From assembly GCA_963807635.1 (NCBI GenBank), contig CAWEDJ010000069.1, forward strand, positions 1 through 64,000: a stretch of DNA of 64,000 bases, in the 5' to 3' direction. Every line of letters begins with the position of its first letter. Within the stretch, counting starts at the first letter, position 1. Under the pieces are notes generated by a model that worked only from the letters and a program-made list of their open reading frames with translations, was not told where the DNA came from and did not search any database. This document shows, one piece after another, positions 10,891 to 21,334 of this stretch. Origin of the DNA: an uncultured cyanobacterium (GTDB taxonomy: Bacteria; Cyanobacteriota; Cyanobacteriia; Cyanobacteriales; Microcystaceae). The translations under genes and the position numbers were made by a program.

Positions 10891-11677
10891 CTAACGCTTC
10901 GTTCTCACCGTGACTTTTTGAGGTTGATGCTCTAACTTAACATGACGCTTCAAAAAACTGATCTCCGCAGGTTTGAGCGAACGATATTGTCCACTCACTA
11001 AGCGATCCTGGGGAAGATTCAGTTTAATCTCACCGATCGCCCGTCGATGGAGTTTTAAAACTTCAAAGCCAAACTCTTCAGCAATACGGCGAATTTGTCG
11101 GTTTCTGCCCTCGGTTAGGGTAATTTCCAGACAAGTGCGAGTGCGGTCATAATCCACGATTTCGACTTTAGCGGGTAGGGTTTTTTTATCATCCAGCAGA
11201 ATGCCCTGTTCCCATTGCTCTAACTGCTTTTCCGTTGGATGCCCCGATACCCAGACATCATAGGTTTTCGGCAAATGATAGCGGGGATGGGTCAATCGCA
11301 AAGTTAGTTCGCCATCGTTGGTCAACAGCAACGCCCCCGTAGAATGGCGATCGAGTCTGCCAACGGGATGAATCCCCTTACCTTCTCGGAGATGGGGTGG
11401 CAATAAATCTAAGACGGTTTTGCGCTGGGCCTGGTCTTGGCAAGTTGAAATCACGTCATTAGGTTTATTAAGCAACAGATAAACAAATTTGGGACGATCT
11501 CAGCGGCTCAATCCTTTTACCATCTACCTCTAGGCGATCGCGACTGGGATCGGCCTTATCTCCTAATTTGACCACTTTGCCATTTAAACGGACTCTACCC
11601 TCTAAAATTAATTCTTCTGCATGGCGACGGGAAGCTACTCCCCATTGCGATAAAATCTTTTGAATACGTTCGGACAT
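10891..11677 (-). CDS. RsuA/RluB-family rRNA pseudouridine synthase (frameshift near 11500)
   Basis: S4 domain ([19 protein letters not shown]) in 11468-11677; GRLD catalytic motif and EGRNRQIRR in 10891-11475. Confidence 0.9.
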
Positions 11678-11924
11678 GAATTTTCAGACTCCATTGTTAA
11701 TCAAAAAAAGAAAACATTGCCACTAAACGATGAAATCATTTGTGGGGTTACAAATCGTCTTTTAGATCCCTTGGGCGTGATCAATGAATTCTGTTAATCT
11801 CCCTAACCTTTTACTATACAAGAGTTTTGAATATTTAGTCAGCTATACGCAAGTAAAATAAGACTTTTAATCTATGAATAATGATTTTTAATCATCAGTT
11901 TCTCAAAAAAAAAGGTAATCATTT

Positions 11925-12077
11925 ATGAAACTTTTTACCGCGATCGTTGAAAAGGATATAGATACGAATCTCTATGTCGGTTATGTAGTTGGAGAAGCTT
12001 TAATGAGAGCGATCGCCGAAGGTCTTGATGGTGAAAATGCTAGTCGTGAAGAAATTTTTACTGTATTATCTGAGTAA
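11925..12077 (+). pseudogene. 50-aa chimeric antitoxin remnant (HicB-like N-terminus)
   Basis: MKLFTAIVEKDIDTNLYVGYV resembles a HicB start; the remainder (ALMRAIAEGLDGENASREEIFTVLSE) resembles the tail of a different small antitoxin. Confidence 0.4.
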
Positions 12078-12090
12078 TCCCTAAAAAACT

Positions 12091-12113
12091 GTAGGGACGT
12101 AAGGCTTACGCCC
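12091..12113 (+). repeat. GTAG-type REP-like hairpin
   Basis: gtagggacgtaaggcttacgccc, an imperfect palindrome preceded by GTAG. Confidence 0.6.
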
Positions 12114-12135
12114 AAACCTAGCAAGGAGTTAGAGC

Positions 12136-12495
12136 ATGGAACCGTTGACGCTATTGGCTACAGGAGCCACGATTATTTTGACGGGAGCGTTGACCCGTTT
12201 GGGGGAGCTTTCTTTGGATGGTTCGGTTGAAAAACTGAAAAATTTAATTGCGGCGAAGTCTCCTGATACGTTGAAAAAGTTGCAATCTGCTAATCAAAAT
12301 CCTGCTTTGTTACCTGAAACGATTGAGGCAGTGGCGACTTTACTGGAAGATCCAGAGATGCAAAAAGTTGCGGAACAAGTGGTTAAGGAAAATGAATCTA
12401 ATTCTTACGTTATTAATCAATTTTCTGCTTTAGAAAAAATTCTCAATTTTGCTAATCGGGATATTAATATTGAGGAACAGAATATTACCTTTTGA
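12136..12495 (+). CDS. Small Bell-like helical effector with putative C-terminal amyloid signalling motif
   Basis: Strong RBS (aaggag), hydrophobic N-terminal helix (MEPLTLLATGATIILTGAL), helical body, N/Q/I-rich tail ...NRDINIEEQNITF; directly upstream of and in frame with an NLR. Confidence 0.6.
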   Translation: MEPLTLLATGATIILTGALTRLGELSLDGSVEKLKNLIAAKSPDTLKKLQSANQNPALLPETIEAVATLLEDPEMQKVAEQVVKENESNSYVINQFSALEKILNFANRDINIEEQNITF

Positions 12496-15103
12496 CTACA
12501 GCCGCCTGTTCAGGAGCAGGTTAAACAAAACCTTCACAATTTACCGAATAGTGGTGTCGCGCAATTTGTGGGACGTGATGATGTTTTAACGCAATTAGAT
12601 CAGCAATTACAGCAAGCTGATCGCGTGGCGATTTCCACTTTGACGGGCATGGGTGGCATTGGGAAGTCGGAGTTGGCTTTGCAGTACGCGTGGCAGGAAT
12701 GGAATAAAAAAACTTATTTGGGGGGAATTGCCGGGTTAACGGTGGCGGATGGTGATCCTGGGTTAAGTCTTTTAAGTTTTGCTCAGTTGCATTTAGGGTT
12801 AACGTTACCGACGGAAGGAGAATTAAGCGATCGGGTTCGTTTTGTTTGGCAACATTGGTTTAAGAATGAACAGGATCAAGGGTTAATTATTTTTGATGAT
12901 GTGCGGAATTATCAACAAATTAAAGCCTATTTACCGCCTCAACCAGAAAAACGCTTTAAGGTCATTATTACAACCCGCAATAAAAATTTATCAGCGACGA
13001 TTCAGACGTTACATTTAGAGCTTTTAGATCAGGAGCCAGCCTTAGATTTATTGCGTTCCTATGTGACGGATGGACGTATTGATCAACAGTTAGAACAAGC
13101 AAAATTACTCTGTCGAGATCTGGGTTATTTACCCTTAGCCTTGGAATTGGTAGCGCGATTATTAAGGCGACGGAAAAATTGGACAATTCAATCTATTCGA
13201 GAACGGTTAGCAGAAAAGGGATTAGCGGATCAAAGTTTAGTTATCAACCCGAAGTTTGATTCAGAAATGACCGCGTTCAATTCAGAAATTACCGCAGAAC
13301 AGGGAGTTAAAGCGGCTTTTGATTTGAGTTGGGAAGCATTAGATAGCAATGCTCAACAGTTGGCCGATGTATTTGAGCTTGTTTGCCCTCGCTCCCTTTT
13401 CTAAATTTTTAATTGATGCGTTAGTTACTGAGCAAGATCCTGATGACTTGGAGGAGTGGTTGACAGATAGTTTGGTTAATCTCAATTTAGTTAGCGATCT
13501 GGGAGATGATTGGTATGAATTGCATACGTTGATTCGGGTTTATCTTAGGGAAAAATTAGAAGACTCGCCGTTAAAAGAGGAAGCAAAACGCGCCTATGGT
13601 CGGGTGATGGTCAGTATTGCTCAAACGATTAAGCAGACTTTGACGTTAGCAGATATTGCTAATCTAGAGCCGTATATTGAGCATTTAAAAGTAGCGGCTG
13701 AGGAGTTTCATCAATGGTTAGAAGGAGAAGATTTAACCTGGCCTTTTGTGGGTTTAGGTCGTTTTTATGAAGCCCAGGGACTTTATCAGCAAGCAGTTCC
13801 CTATTTTGAACGCTGTTTAACCTTGAGTGAAGAACGTTTCGGGCGAAAACATCCAAAAGTGGCAACCAGTCTCAACAATCTGGCGAATCTTTATGAGTCC
13901 CAAGGGAAATACCCAAAAGCCGAACCTCTCTATCGGCGATCGCTGGCGATTGGGGAAAAGCAATTAGGAGAAAATCATCCTCAAGTGGCAACCAGTCTCA
14001 ACAATCTGGCGGGTCTTTATGAATCTCAAGGGAAATACGCAGAAGCCGAACCTCTCTATCGGCGATCGCTGGCGATTAGGGAAAAGCAATTAGGAGAAAA
14101 TCATCCTCAAGTGGCAACCAGTCTCAACAATCTGGCGGGTCTTTATGAATCTCAAGGGAAATACGCAGAAGCCGAACCTCTCTATCGGCGATCGCTGGCG
14201 ATTAGGGAAAAGCAATTAGGAGAAAATCATCCTCAAGTGGCAACCAGTCTCAACAATCTGGCGGGTCTTTATAAGTCCCAAGGGAAATACGCAGAAGCCG
14301 AACCTCTTATGGCGCGATCGCTGGCGATTTGGGAAAAGCAATTAGGAGAAAATCATCCTGATGTGGCAACCAGTCTCAATAATCTGGCGGCTCTTTATAA
14401 GTCCCAAGGGAAATACGCAGAAGCCGAACCTCTCTATGGGCGATCGCTGGCGATTTGGGAAAAGCAATTAGGAGAAAATCATCCTGATGTGGCAACCAGT
14501 CTCAACAATCTGGCGGCTCTTTATGAGTCCCAAGGGAAATACGCAGAAGCCGAACCTCTCTATCGGCGATCGCTGGCGATTTTGGAAAAGCAATTAGGAG
14601 AAAATCATCCTCAAGTGGCAACCAGTCTCAACAATCTGGCGGCTCTTTATGAGTCCCAAGGGAAATACGCAGAAGCCGAACCTCTTATGGCGCGATCGCT
14701 GGCGATTTTGGAAAAGCAATTAGGAGAAAATCATCCTCAAGTGGCAACCAGTCTCAACAATCTGGCGGCTCTTTATGAGTCCCAAGGGAAATACGCAGAA
14801 GCCGAACCTCTTATGGCGCGATCGCTGGCGATTAGGGAAAAGCAATTAGGAGAAAATCATCCTGATGTGGCAACCAGTCTCAACAATCTGGCGGCTCTTT
14901 ATTATGCTCAAGAGAAATATGAAGAAGCCGAACCGCTTTACCAAAGAGCGATTGCCATTTTCTCAGAAAAATTAGGCGAAAATCACCCCAACACGCAAAC
15001 AGTAATCATGAATTATTATCTGATGCTTTCCCAACTTCCCGACGAAGAATTAAACCAACGCTTTGACCCCGAAACGGTGGAAATGTTGCATAACCTACGA
15101 TAA
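12496..15103 (+). CDS. NLR-like NB-ARC + TPR protein (no convincing own start; frameshift near 13365)
   Basis: HNLP...FVGRDD, Walker A GMGGIGKS, Walker B IIFDDV, VIITTR, GYLPLALEL, YELHTLIR, then kinesin-light-chain-type TPRs (HP.VATSLNNLA.LY). Confidence 0.9.
13855..14990 (+). repeat. Nine tandem 126-bp coding repeats (42-aa TPR units), near-identical
   Basis: gtggcaaccagtctcaacaatctggcg recurs every 126 bp; eight units contain a HIP1 site. Confidence 0.95.
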
Positions 15104-15108
15104 GCATT

Positions 15109-15212
15109 GTAGGGGCTTGGTCTCCAAGTCCAATCATTTAAAGGTTGAGAAACCCATAATTCAAGAATTTGTTAACCATTAAAGTTAAAGGATTTGGAAA
15201 CCAAACCCCTAC
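15109..15212. repeat. Inverted pair of GTAG-type REP-like hairpins (REPIN-like)
   Basis: gtaggggcttggtctccaagtcc ... ggatttggaaaccaaacccctac. Confidence 0.6.
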
Positions 15213-15322
15213 TATTACGTCGATTTACATTATTTTAAAATTAATCAAGGCCACTTCTTTAGCTTACATTAGTTTAAATGACTAGAAATGATTAGTTTGG
15301 CTTCTCCCAACTTCACTATTTT

Positions 15323-16039
15323 ATGACCCAAAATCAGCCCAGTAAACTTATTAGCAAAATTCTTTCCCCCGCTCTACGGCTTTGGTTGCGATCGCAGGTC
15401 GAACACGCCGAACAACTAGACATCCAGATCGAAGGACAAGACCGCCAACTGTTGCGGGGTCACGTTCCCCAGATTTATTTGACCAGTCAACGGGCGATTT
15501 ACCAAGGACTCCAATTAGGAAAAGTTTTACTCAAGGGTGAAAATATCCGCGTCAATATTGGTCAGGTGATCAAAGGAAAGCCCCTCGAACTGCTTGAACC
15601 GATTCAAGTCAGTGGAGAAGTTCAGTTAGCCGAGACAGATTTACAAGCTTCCCTCACTTCCCAGATTTTAGCCAATGCCTTCACCGAATTACTGCTTGCC
15701 CTGCTGGAACTCAAGGGTGTTGCTAATGCCACCGACTTTTTAGCTCCCTACCAAATTCATTGGAACGCGATCGCCTTGTGTCCTGATGCTTTTGGCTTAA
15801 AAGGAACCCTTTCACAAAAAAATGAAAAAAATATTCCCCTAGAAATTCGGGCAAAATTAACGCTTCTCAATCCTCAAACCCTCCATCTCCAGGAAATTGA
15901 AATAACAGGATTCCCTGGGCTGGGTGAAAATGAGACCAACAACTTTCCCGTCGATTTAGGGACTGATGTGGAAATTGAATCCCTCAAACTGAGTCAAGGA
16001 GAACTATCCTGCCTGGGACGGTTACTGATTCGCCCCTAA
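15323..16039 (+). CDS. DUF2993 (LmeA-like) protein
   Basis: LRLWLRSQVE, AIYQGL, GKPL.LLEPI motifs of a conserved cyanobacterial family. Confidence 0.75.
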   Translation: MTQNQPSKLISKILSPALRLWLRSQVEHAEQLDIQIEGQDRQLLRGHVPQIYLTSQRAIYQGLQLGKVLLKGENIRVNIGQVIKGKPLELLEPIQVSGEVQLAETDLQASLTSQILANAFTELLLALLELKGVANATDFLAPYQIHWNAIALCPDAFGLKGTLSQKNEKNIPLEIRAKLTLLNPQTLHLQEIEITGFPGLGENETNNFPVDLGTDVEIESLKLSQGELSCLGRLLIRP

Positions 16040-16040
16040 T

Positions 16041-16769
16041 TTAGGAATCCGCAGGCACTTCGGGAGTTGTTTCGGTGGGAGTATCAACGCTAATGGCCGC
16101 TTGAGCCTTCTTTTCCCGTTTTTTTCGTTCTGCTTCCATTGCCTCATCCAAGACCTTGAGCAATTGATCTGCCTTATCCAGATTATTACGGTACAACTCC
16201 AGATCTTTTTGTAATTTCTCGCTGGACAGGTTCAATGCTCCCGATAGCTGGGCAAGGACTTGATTTCGTTTTTCCTCTTCTTTGAGTGCGTCAGGATCAA
16301 CCGTATTGAGAATCGTATAAAGTCCGATCGCAAATAAACGACTATATTTAAAATTAGAATTCTGGTGAATATTGACCAACGTTTGCAGAAAATAGTTATC
16401 TCCTGCTGATTCTGGGGTCAAGTTAGCAACTTTCTCCATCAGATCAGAAACCGCGATCGCCTGGGAAGAAGCCAGTATATCTTGGGCATTTTGGCGATAG
16501 TGATGGGGATCGGCAGAAACAGAGCGACAAACCGCATTAAAAATCGAGCTTTTATCTTCTTCAGGGCGATATCCCTGCATAAACCGATCAAAGGAGGTAA
16601 CAACCCCCAATGCAAAAATCGGATCATAGCGAAAATCCACGTTAACCGTGAATAAATGCATTTCAACCATTAATTCTTCCACAAAACGCCGATAAATCGA
16701 ATTTATAGGACGATGATGATGGACATGGAACTCACGTTTGGTCTCGGAAACGGTACGAATTTTAGCCAC
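16041..16769 (-). CDS. psb29: Photosystem II biogenesis protein Psb29/Thf1
   Basis: RTVSETKREF, INSIYRRFVEELMVEMHL, FKYSRLFAIGLY, KDLELYR; GTG start inferred at 16769. Confidence 0.93.
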   Translation of the reverse strand: MAKIRTVSETKREFHVHHHRPINSIYRRFVEELMVEMHLFTVNVDFRYDPIFALGVVTSFDRFMQGYRPEEDKSSIFNAVCRSVSADPHHYRQNAQDILASSQAIAVSDLMEKVANLTPESAGDNYFLQTLVNIHQNSNFKYSRLFAIGLYTILNTVDPDALKEEEKRNQVLAQLSGALNLSSEKLQKDLELYRNNLDKADQLLKVLDEAMEAERKKREKKAQAAISVDTPTETTPEVPADS

Positions 16770-16907
16770 AAATCTAACTTTACAAATAGTAATATAATTC
16801 TCATTCTCCCTTGTAAAGTCCACTTTGCCAAGCCTAAAAACCGAAAAGCAGTTCAAAGCAGAAACGGCGGGCTGTTGTTTTTTTATGCTAAAGTGATGGG
16901 ATATAAG

Positions 16908-16979
16908 GGGTTACTAGCTCAACGGTAGAGCACTGGACTCTTAATCCATTGGTTCAGGGTTCAAATCCCTGGTGACCCA
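16908..16979 (+). tRNA. trnK: tRNA-Lys(CTT)
   Basis: GGGTTACTAGCTCAACGGTAGAGCACTGGACTCTTAATCCATTGGTTCAGGGTTCAAATCCCTGGTGACCCA, anticodon CTT. Confidence 0.95.
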
Positions 16980-17088
16980 TCCCTCCTTTTTTCCTGTAAA
17001 AATCCCGAATTGCGCTCAAAGAATCGTTAAGAATTACGAAAAAGGCATATTTACCAAGAAGTTTTATTATTACTCTAGGAAAATCATC

Positions 17089-19338
17089 ATGGATAATCTC
17101 ATCCTGCAATTACGGGGAATGAGTTGCGCTTCCTGTGCTTCCACCGTCGAAAAAGTGATTCAAGCGGTACCTGGTGTGATCGAGTGCCAGGTTAATTTCG
17201 GGGCGGAACAAGCCACTGTTCACTATAATCCCCAACAAACGGGACTAGAACAGATTCAATCAGCAGTCGCCAAGGCGGGTTATCAGGCATCCGTTCTTCA
17301 GGAAATTGGGGAAGAAGATGAAGAAAAGGCTTTTCGGCAAGCGGAATTAAGGGATCTAAAACGGAAAATCTGGGTGGGTGGAATTATTAGTGTTCTTTTG
17401 ATGTCGGCCATGATTCCAGGCATTTTTGGCTTAGATTTGCCCTTGATTTCTGTTGGGTTAGGGAATCCCTGGGTGCAATTAATTTTAACGACTCCTGTGA
17501 TGTTTTGGTGTGGACGTTCCTTTTTTCTCGGCGGAGGTAAAGCTTTTAAACGTCATACCGCAACGATGGATACCTTAATCGCTTTGGGAACGGGAGTTGC
17601 TTATCTTTATTCCCTATTTGTCACTTTGTTTCCCCATTTTTTTGCAACGGAAGGCGTAATGCCCCATGTTTATTTTGAAATAGCGGCAACGGTCACAACC
17701 CTTATTTTGTTAGGAAGATTATTTGAAACTATTGCTAAAGGCGAAACTTCGGAAGCTATCCGTAAATTAATCGGTTTGGGGGCAAAAACGGCGCGAGTCA
17801 TTCGTAATAATCAGGAAGTTGATATTGCGATCGCAGAAGTTATTTTAGGCGACATTGTTTTAGTACGACCTGGGGAAAAAATTCCCGTAGATGGAGAAAT
17901 TGTCGAAGGCTCTTCCACGATTGATGAAGCAATGGTGACGGGAGAAAGTGTTCCTGTTAAAAAACAAACGGGCGATGAGGTGATTGGTGCAACGATTAAT
18001 CAGACGGGAAGTTTTAAATTTCGAGCGACTAGGGTGGGGAAAGATACGGTTTTAGCCCAAATTGTCAAAATGGTTCAACAAGCCCAGGGTTCTAAAGCTC
18101 CGATTCAGAAATTGGCGGATCAAGTGACTGCTTGGTTTGTGCCTGGGGTCATTGCGATCGCGATTTTAACCTTTATTATTTGGTTTAACGTTATGGGCAA
18201 TCTTACCCTGGCGATGATTACCACTGTAGGAGTTTTGATTATTGCCTGTCCCTGCGCGTTAGGCCTAGCAACACCGACTTCTATTTTGGTCGGAACGGGA
18301 AAAGGGGCAGAAAACGGTATTTTAATTAAAGGAGCCGATAGTTTAGAACTTGCCCATCAAATAAAAACCATCGTTTTGGATAAGACGGGAACCCTCACCC
18401 AGGGCAAACCGACGGTGACGGATTTTGTGACAATAAACGGGATTGCGGATAATAACGAACTGGATTTGCTCAGACTGGCGGCTTCTCTCGAAAAAAATTC
18501 GGAACATCCCCTAGCAGAAGCAGTGGTCAGATACGCCCAATCCCAACAGGTGAATTTTGCAGACGTTCAAGAATTTAATGCGATCGCGGGAAGTGGGGTG
18601 CAAGGAGTCGTAGAAGGTCAATTAGTGCAAATCGGGACTCAACGTTGGCTAGAGGAATTAGGGATTCCCACCCAAAAACTGGAAGATTATCAACAAACTT
18701 GGGAAAATACGAAAAAAACGGTCGTCTGGATCGCGATCGCTGGTCAAATTCAAGGGATTATGGGGATTGCAGATGCTCTTAAACCCACTTCCGTTGCAAC
18801 CGTCAAGGCTTTAAAAAAAATGGGTTTGGAAGTCGTGATGCTCACGGGAGACAACCAAGCCACTGCCGACGCGATCGCCCAGGAAGTCGGGATAGTCCGC
18901 GTTTTAGCCCAAGTCCGTCCTGAACAAAAAGCCGCTAAAATCCAAGCGTTACAAGCAGAAGGAAAAATTGTCGCGATGGTAGGGGATGGAATCAATGATG
19001 CGCCCGCCCTAGCCCAAGCGGATGTGGGGATTGCCATTGGAACGGGAACCGATGTAGCGATCGCGGCTTCGGATATTACGCTAATTTCGGGAGATTTACA
19101 GGGAATTGTGACTGCCATCCAACTCAGTCGTGCAACTATGCAAAATATCCGTCAAAATCTCTTCTTTGCCTATATCTATAATGTGGCGGGAATTCCCATT
19201 GCGGCGGGGGTTTTATTTCCCATTTTTGGTTGGTTACTAAGTCCGATTATTGCAGGGGGTGCAATCGCCTGTAGCTCTATTTCAGTGGTAACTAATGCGT
19301 TGCGTCTGCGGAAATTTCAGCCCAAAGTTATCATCTAA
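17089..19338 (+). CDS. pacS: Copper-translocating P1B-type ATPase (PacS-like)
   Basis: GMSCASC metal-binding domain, [28 protein letters not shown]. Confidence 0.9.
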   Translation: MDNLILQLRGMSCASCASTVEKVIQAVPGVIECQVNFGAEQATVHYNPQQTGLEQIQSAVAKAGYQASVLQEIGEEDEEKAFRQAELRDLKRKIWVGGIISVLLMSAMIPGIFGLDLPLISVGLGNPWVQLILTTPVMFWCGRSFFLGGGKAFKRHTATMDTLIALGTGVAYLYSLFVTLFPHFFATEGVMPHVYFEIAATVTTLILLGRLFETIAKGETSEAIRKLIGLGAKTARVIRNNQEVDIAIAEVILGDIVLVRPGEKIPVDGEIVEGSSTIDEAMVTGESVPVKKQTGDEVIGATINQTGSFKFRATRVGKDTVLAQIVKMVQQAQGSKAPIQKLADQVTAWFVPGVIAIAILTFIIWFNVMGNLTLAMITTVGVLIIACPCALGLATPTSILVGTGKGAENGILIKGADSLELAHQIKTIVLDKTGTLTQGKPTVTDFVTINGIADNNELDLLRLAASLEKNSEHPLAEAVVRYAQSQQVNFADVQEFNAIAGSGVQGVVEGQLVQIGTQRWLEELGIPTQKLEDYQQTWENTKKTVVWIAIAGQIQGIMGIADALKPTSVATVKALKKMGLEVVMLTGDNQATADAIAQEVGIVRVLAQVRPEQKAAKIQALQAEGKIVAMVGDGINDAPALAQADVGIAIGTGTDVAIAASDITLISGDLQGIVTAIQLSRATMQNIRQNLFFAYIYNVAGIPIAAGVLFPIFGWLLSPIIAGGAIACSSISVVTNALRLRKFQPKVII

Positions 19339-19346
19339 GGAGTGAA

Positions 19347-19856
19347 TTGATGGCAAGTAAAAACGTTATTTTTAGTCATATTATTCTAGCAATTTTAATC
19401 TTGATGACATCAGGAAAGGGTGCGTTTTCGATGTCGTCGGATCATTCCATGACAAATCCCCAGTTTCGTCCCGTTGAGCAACCCTTCGCCCTGAAAGCGA
19501 TCGTCACCTTGGGAGGATTGGGTTTAATCGGCTTAGAGTTATGGTGGTTTTTATTCAGTCAACCGAAGGCTCAAAAAACGGAATCCCAGCAAGGAATTCA
19601 ATCCTTAAATATCACCGTTGATGGGGGTTATGAGCCATCGCATCTTGTTGTTCAATCGGGACAATTGGTTCGCCTAAATTTTTTGCGGAAAGATCCGAAT
19701 AGTTGTTTAGAAAAAGTTCTCTTTCCTGATTTTCAGATTGCTCAGGATTTACCGCTTAATCAATCTGTCAAAATTGAGTTTACGCCCAAGGTTCCTGGGA
19801 AATATTCTTTTACCTGTGGGATGAATATGTTTCGGGGTGAAATAGAGGTTCAATAA
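19347..19856 (+). CDS. Cupredoxin domain protein
   Basis: GGYEP, SCLE and FTCGMNMFRG motifs; cotranscribed with the Cu-ATPase. Confidence 0.85.
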   Translation: MMASKNVIFSHIILAILILMTSGKGAFSMSSDHSMTNPQFRPVEQPFALKAIVTLGGLGLIGLELWWFLFSQPKAQKTESQQGIQSLNITVDGGYEPSHLVVQSGQLVRLNFLRKDPNSCLEKVLFPDFQIAQDLPLNQSVKIEFTPKVPGKYSFTCGMNMFRGEIEVQ

Positions 19857-19886
19857 AATTATTTTTAAGCGCGATCGCTGCTGAAA

Positions 19887-21141
19887 TCAGTCACAACTAT
19901 TTTTAGCCAATAACGCCGTCCCATACGGCCGCTTCTGTATAACAAGATGAACAAACAGAAACCCCTAAATAGCGTTCTCGAATTCTTTGCCAAATCAAAT
20001 TTTTTGCCCCACCTCCTGCCGTATAAACCTGGGTTAAAGGAGTCGCCCCCAAAGCTTGCAATTTCTGATAACCCAAGGCTTCAATGCGGGCAATTCCCTC
20101 TAATAAACCCTGTAAAAAATCCATAGGATTCTCAGGACGAGGCTCTAATTGGGGTAATAAATGGGGATCATTAATGGGAAAGCAATCGCCTGGTGTGAGA
20201 AGAGGATAATAATTTAATTGACTAACAGATTGGGGATTAATTTGTGCGCTATATTGAATTAATTCTCCCTCAGTAAAAAAGTGTTTTAAAACATTTCCCC
20301 CTGTATTAGAAGCCCCTCCCGTTAACCATAGGTTACCCAAACGATGGCTATAAACTCCTGAAGCTAAATCTTCAATGGGCGTTGTACTCAATAACTTTAA
20401 AACTAAGGTTGACCCCAAAGAAGTCACCGCTTCCCCAGGTTCTTTTGCCTTACTCGCTAAAAAGGCCGCAATACTATCCGTTGTTCCCGTACAGATTAGA
20501 CAATCAGGGTTTAAATTGAATTGTTGCGCGATCGCCGTTTCAATTTTTCTAACAACAGTACCAGGAGCCAAAACTTGAGGTAATAAATCAAAAAAACTCT
20601 GATTCGTTAACCAACTAGGATATTTTAAATTAACAACATCATAACCCAGTTTTAAAGCATTATGATAATCACTGATGCCCAACTTTCCGTGTAACAAAAA
20701 AGCTAACCAATCCGCTTGATGTAAAAAATAAACCGCTTGCTTAAAATAGGATTGCTCAGACCACCAAATTAATTTGGCTAGACTAGAACTCGCACTTAAC
20801 GTCAAATGATTCGGCGGAACAAATTGACTTAACTTTGTTTGAATACTTTTTCCTCTTCCATCATGATATAAAATAGGCTCAGTGATAGGATTCCCCCGAT
20901 TATCACAGAGTAATACCGTTGAAGAAGTTCCGTTAATCGCGATCGCCTGAATTGATCGGATCAGATCCTGGGGAATATTAGCGAACAGTTCAAATAAAGA
21001 TTGTTTCCAGATTTCAATGCAATTTGACGAAAAAGATTCAGAAAAATTTATCGCAGTTTCTAAGTGAATATTTTCCTCTAAATCAATCACAACAGCACGG
21101 CAACCTGATGTTCCAAAATCAATTCCTAAAAATGTTTTCAT
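19887..21141 (-). CDS. FGGY-family carbohydrate kinase (frameshift near 19927)
   Basis: GIDFGTSG, GTTDSIAA, GGASNTGG, TAGGGAKN; the expected C-terminus EAA-YGTALLA is in the adjacent frame. Confidence 0.88.
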
Positions 21142-21334
21142 TACTTTACGTTAGTGATTACTTGAAGATAGATCTAAAGGGGAAACGAAACCAATGTAAC
21201 TCAACTAAATGCGATCGCGAAGCAGCACTACGTGATCGCGTCAGAATCAAATTTTCCTGTACTGCCCTCAAAGGATATAATGAAATCTTAAATTTTCGGT
21301 CACATCGCCTACACTCATCAAAAGGAAACAGGGA

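Noticed and set aside
12487..12589. prfB-like +1 frameshift at TTT-TGA-C, or selenocysteine at the TGA
   Set aside because: The +1 frame stops at 12587-12589 and is not NB-ARC; there is no SD at prfB-like spacing. The TGA lies in a linker rather than a redox motif, and no clear SECIS hairpin was seen.
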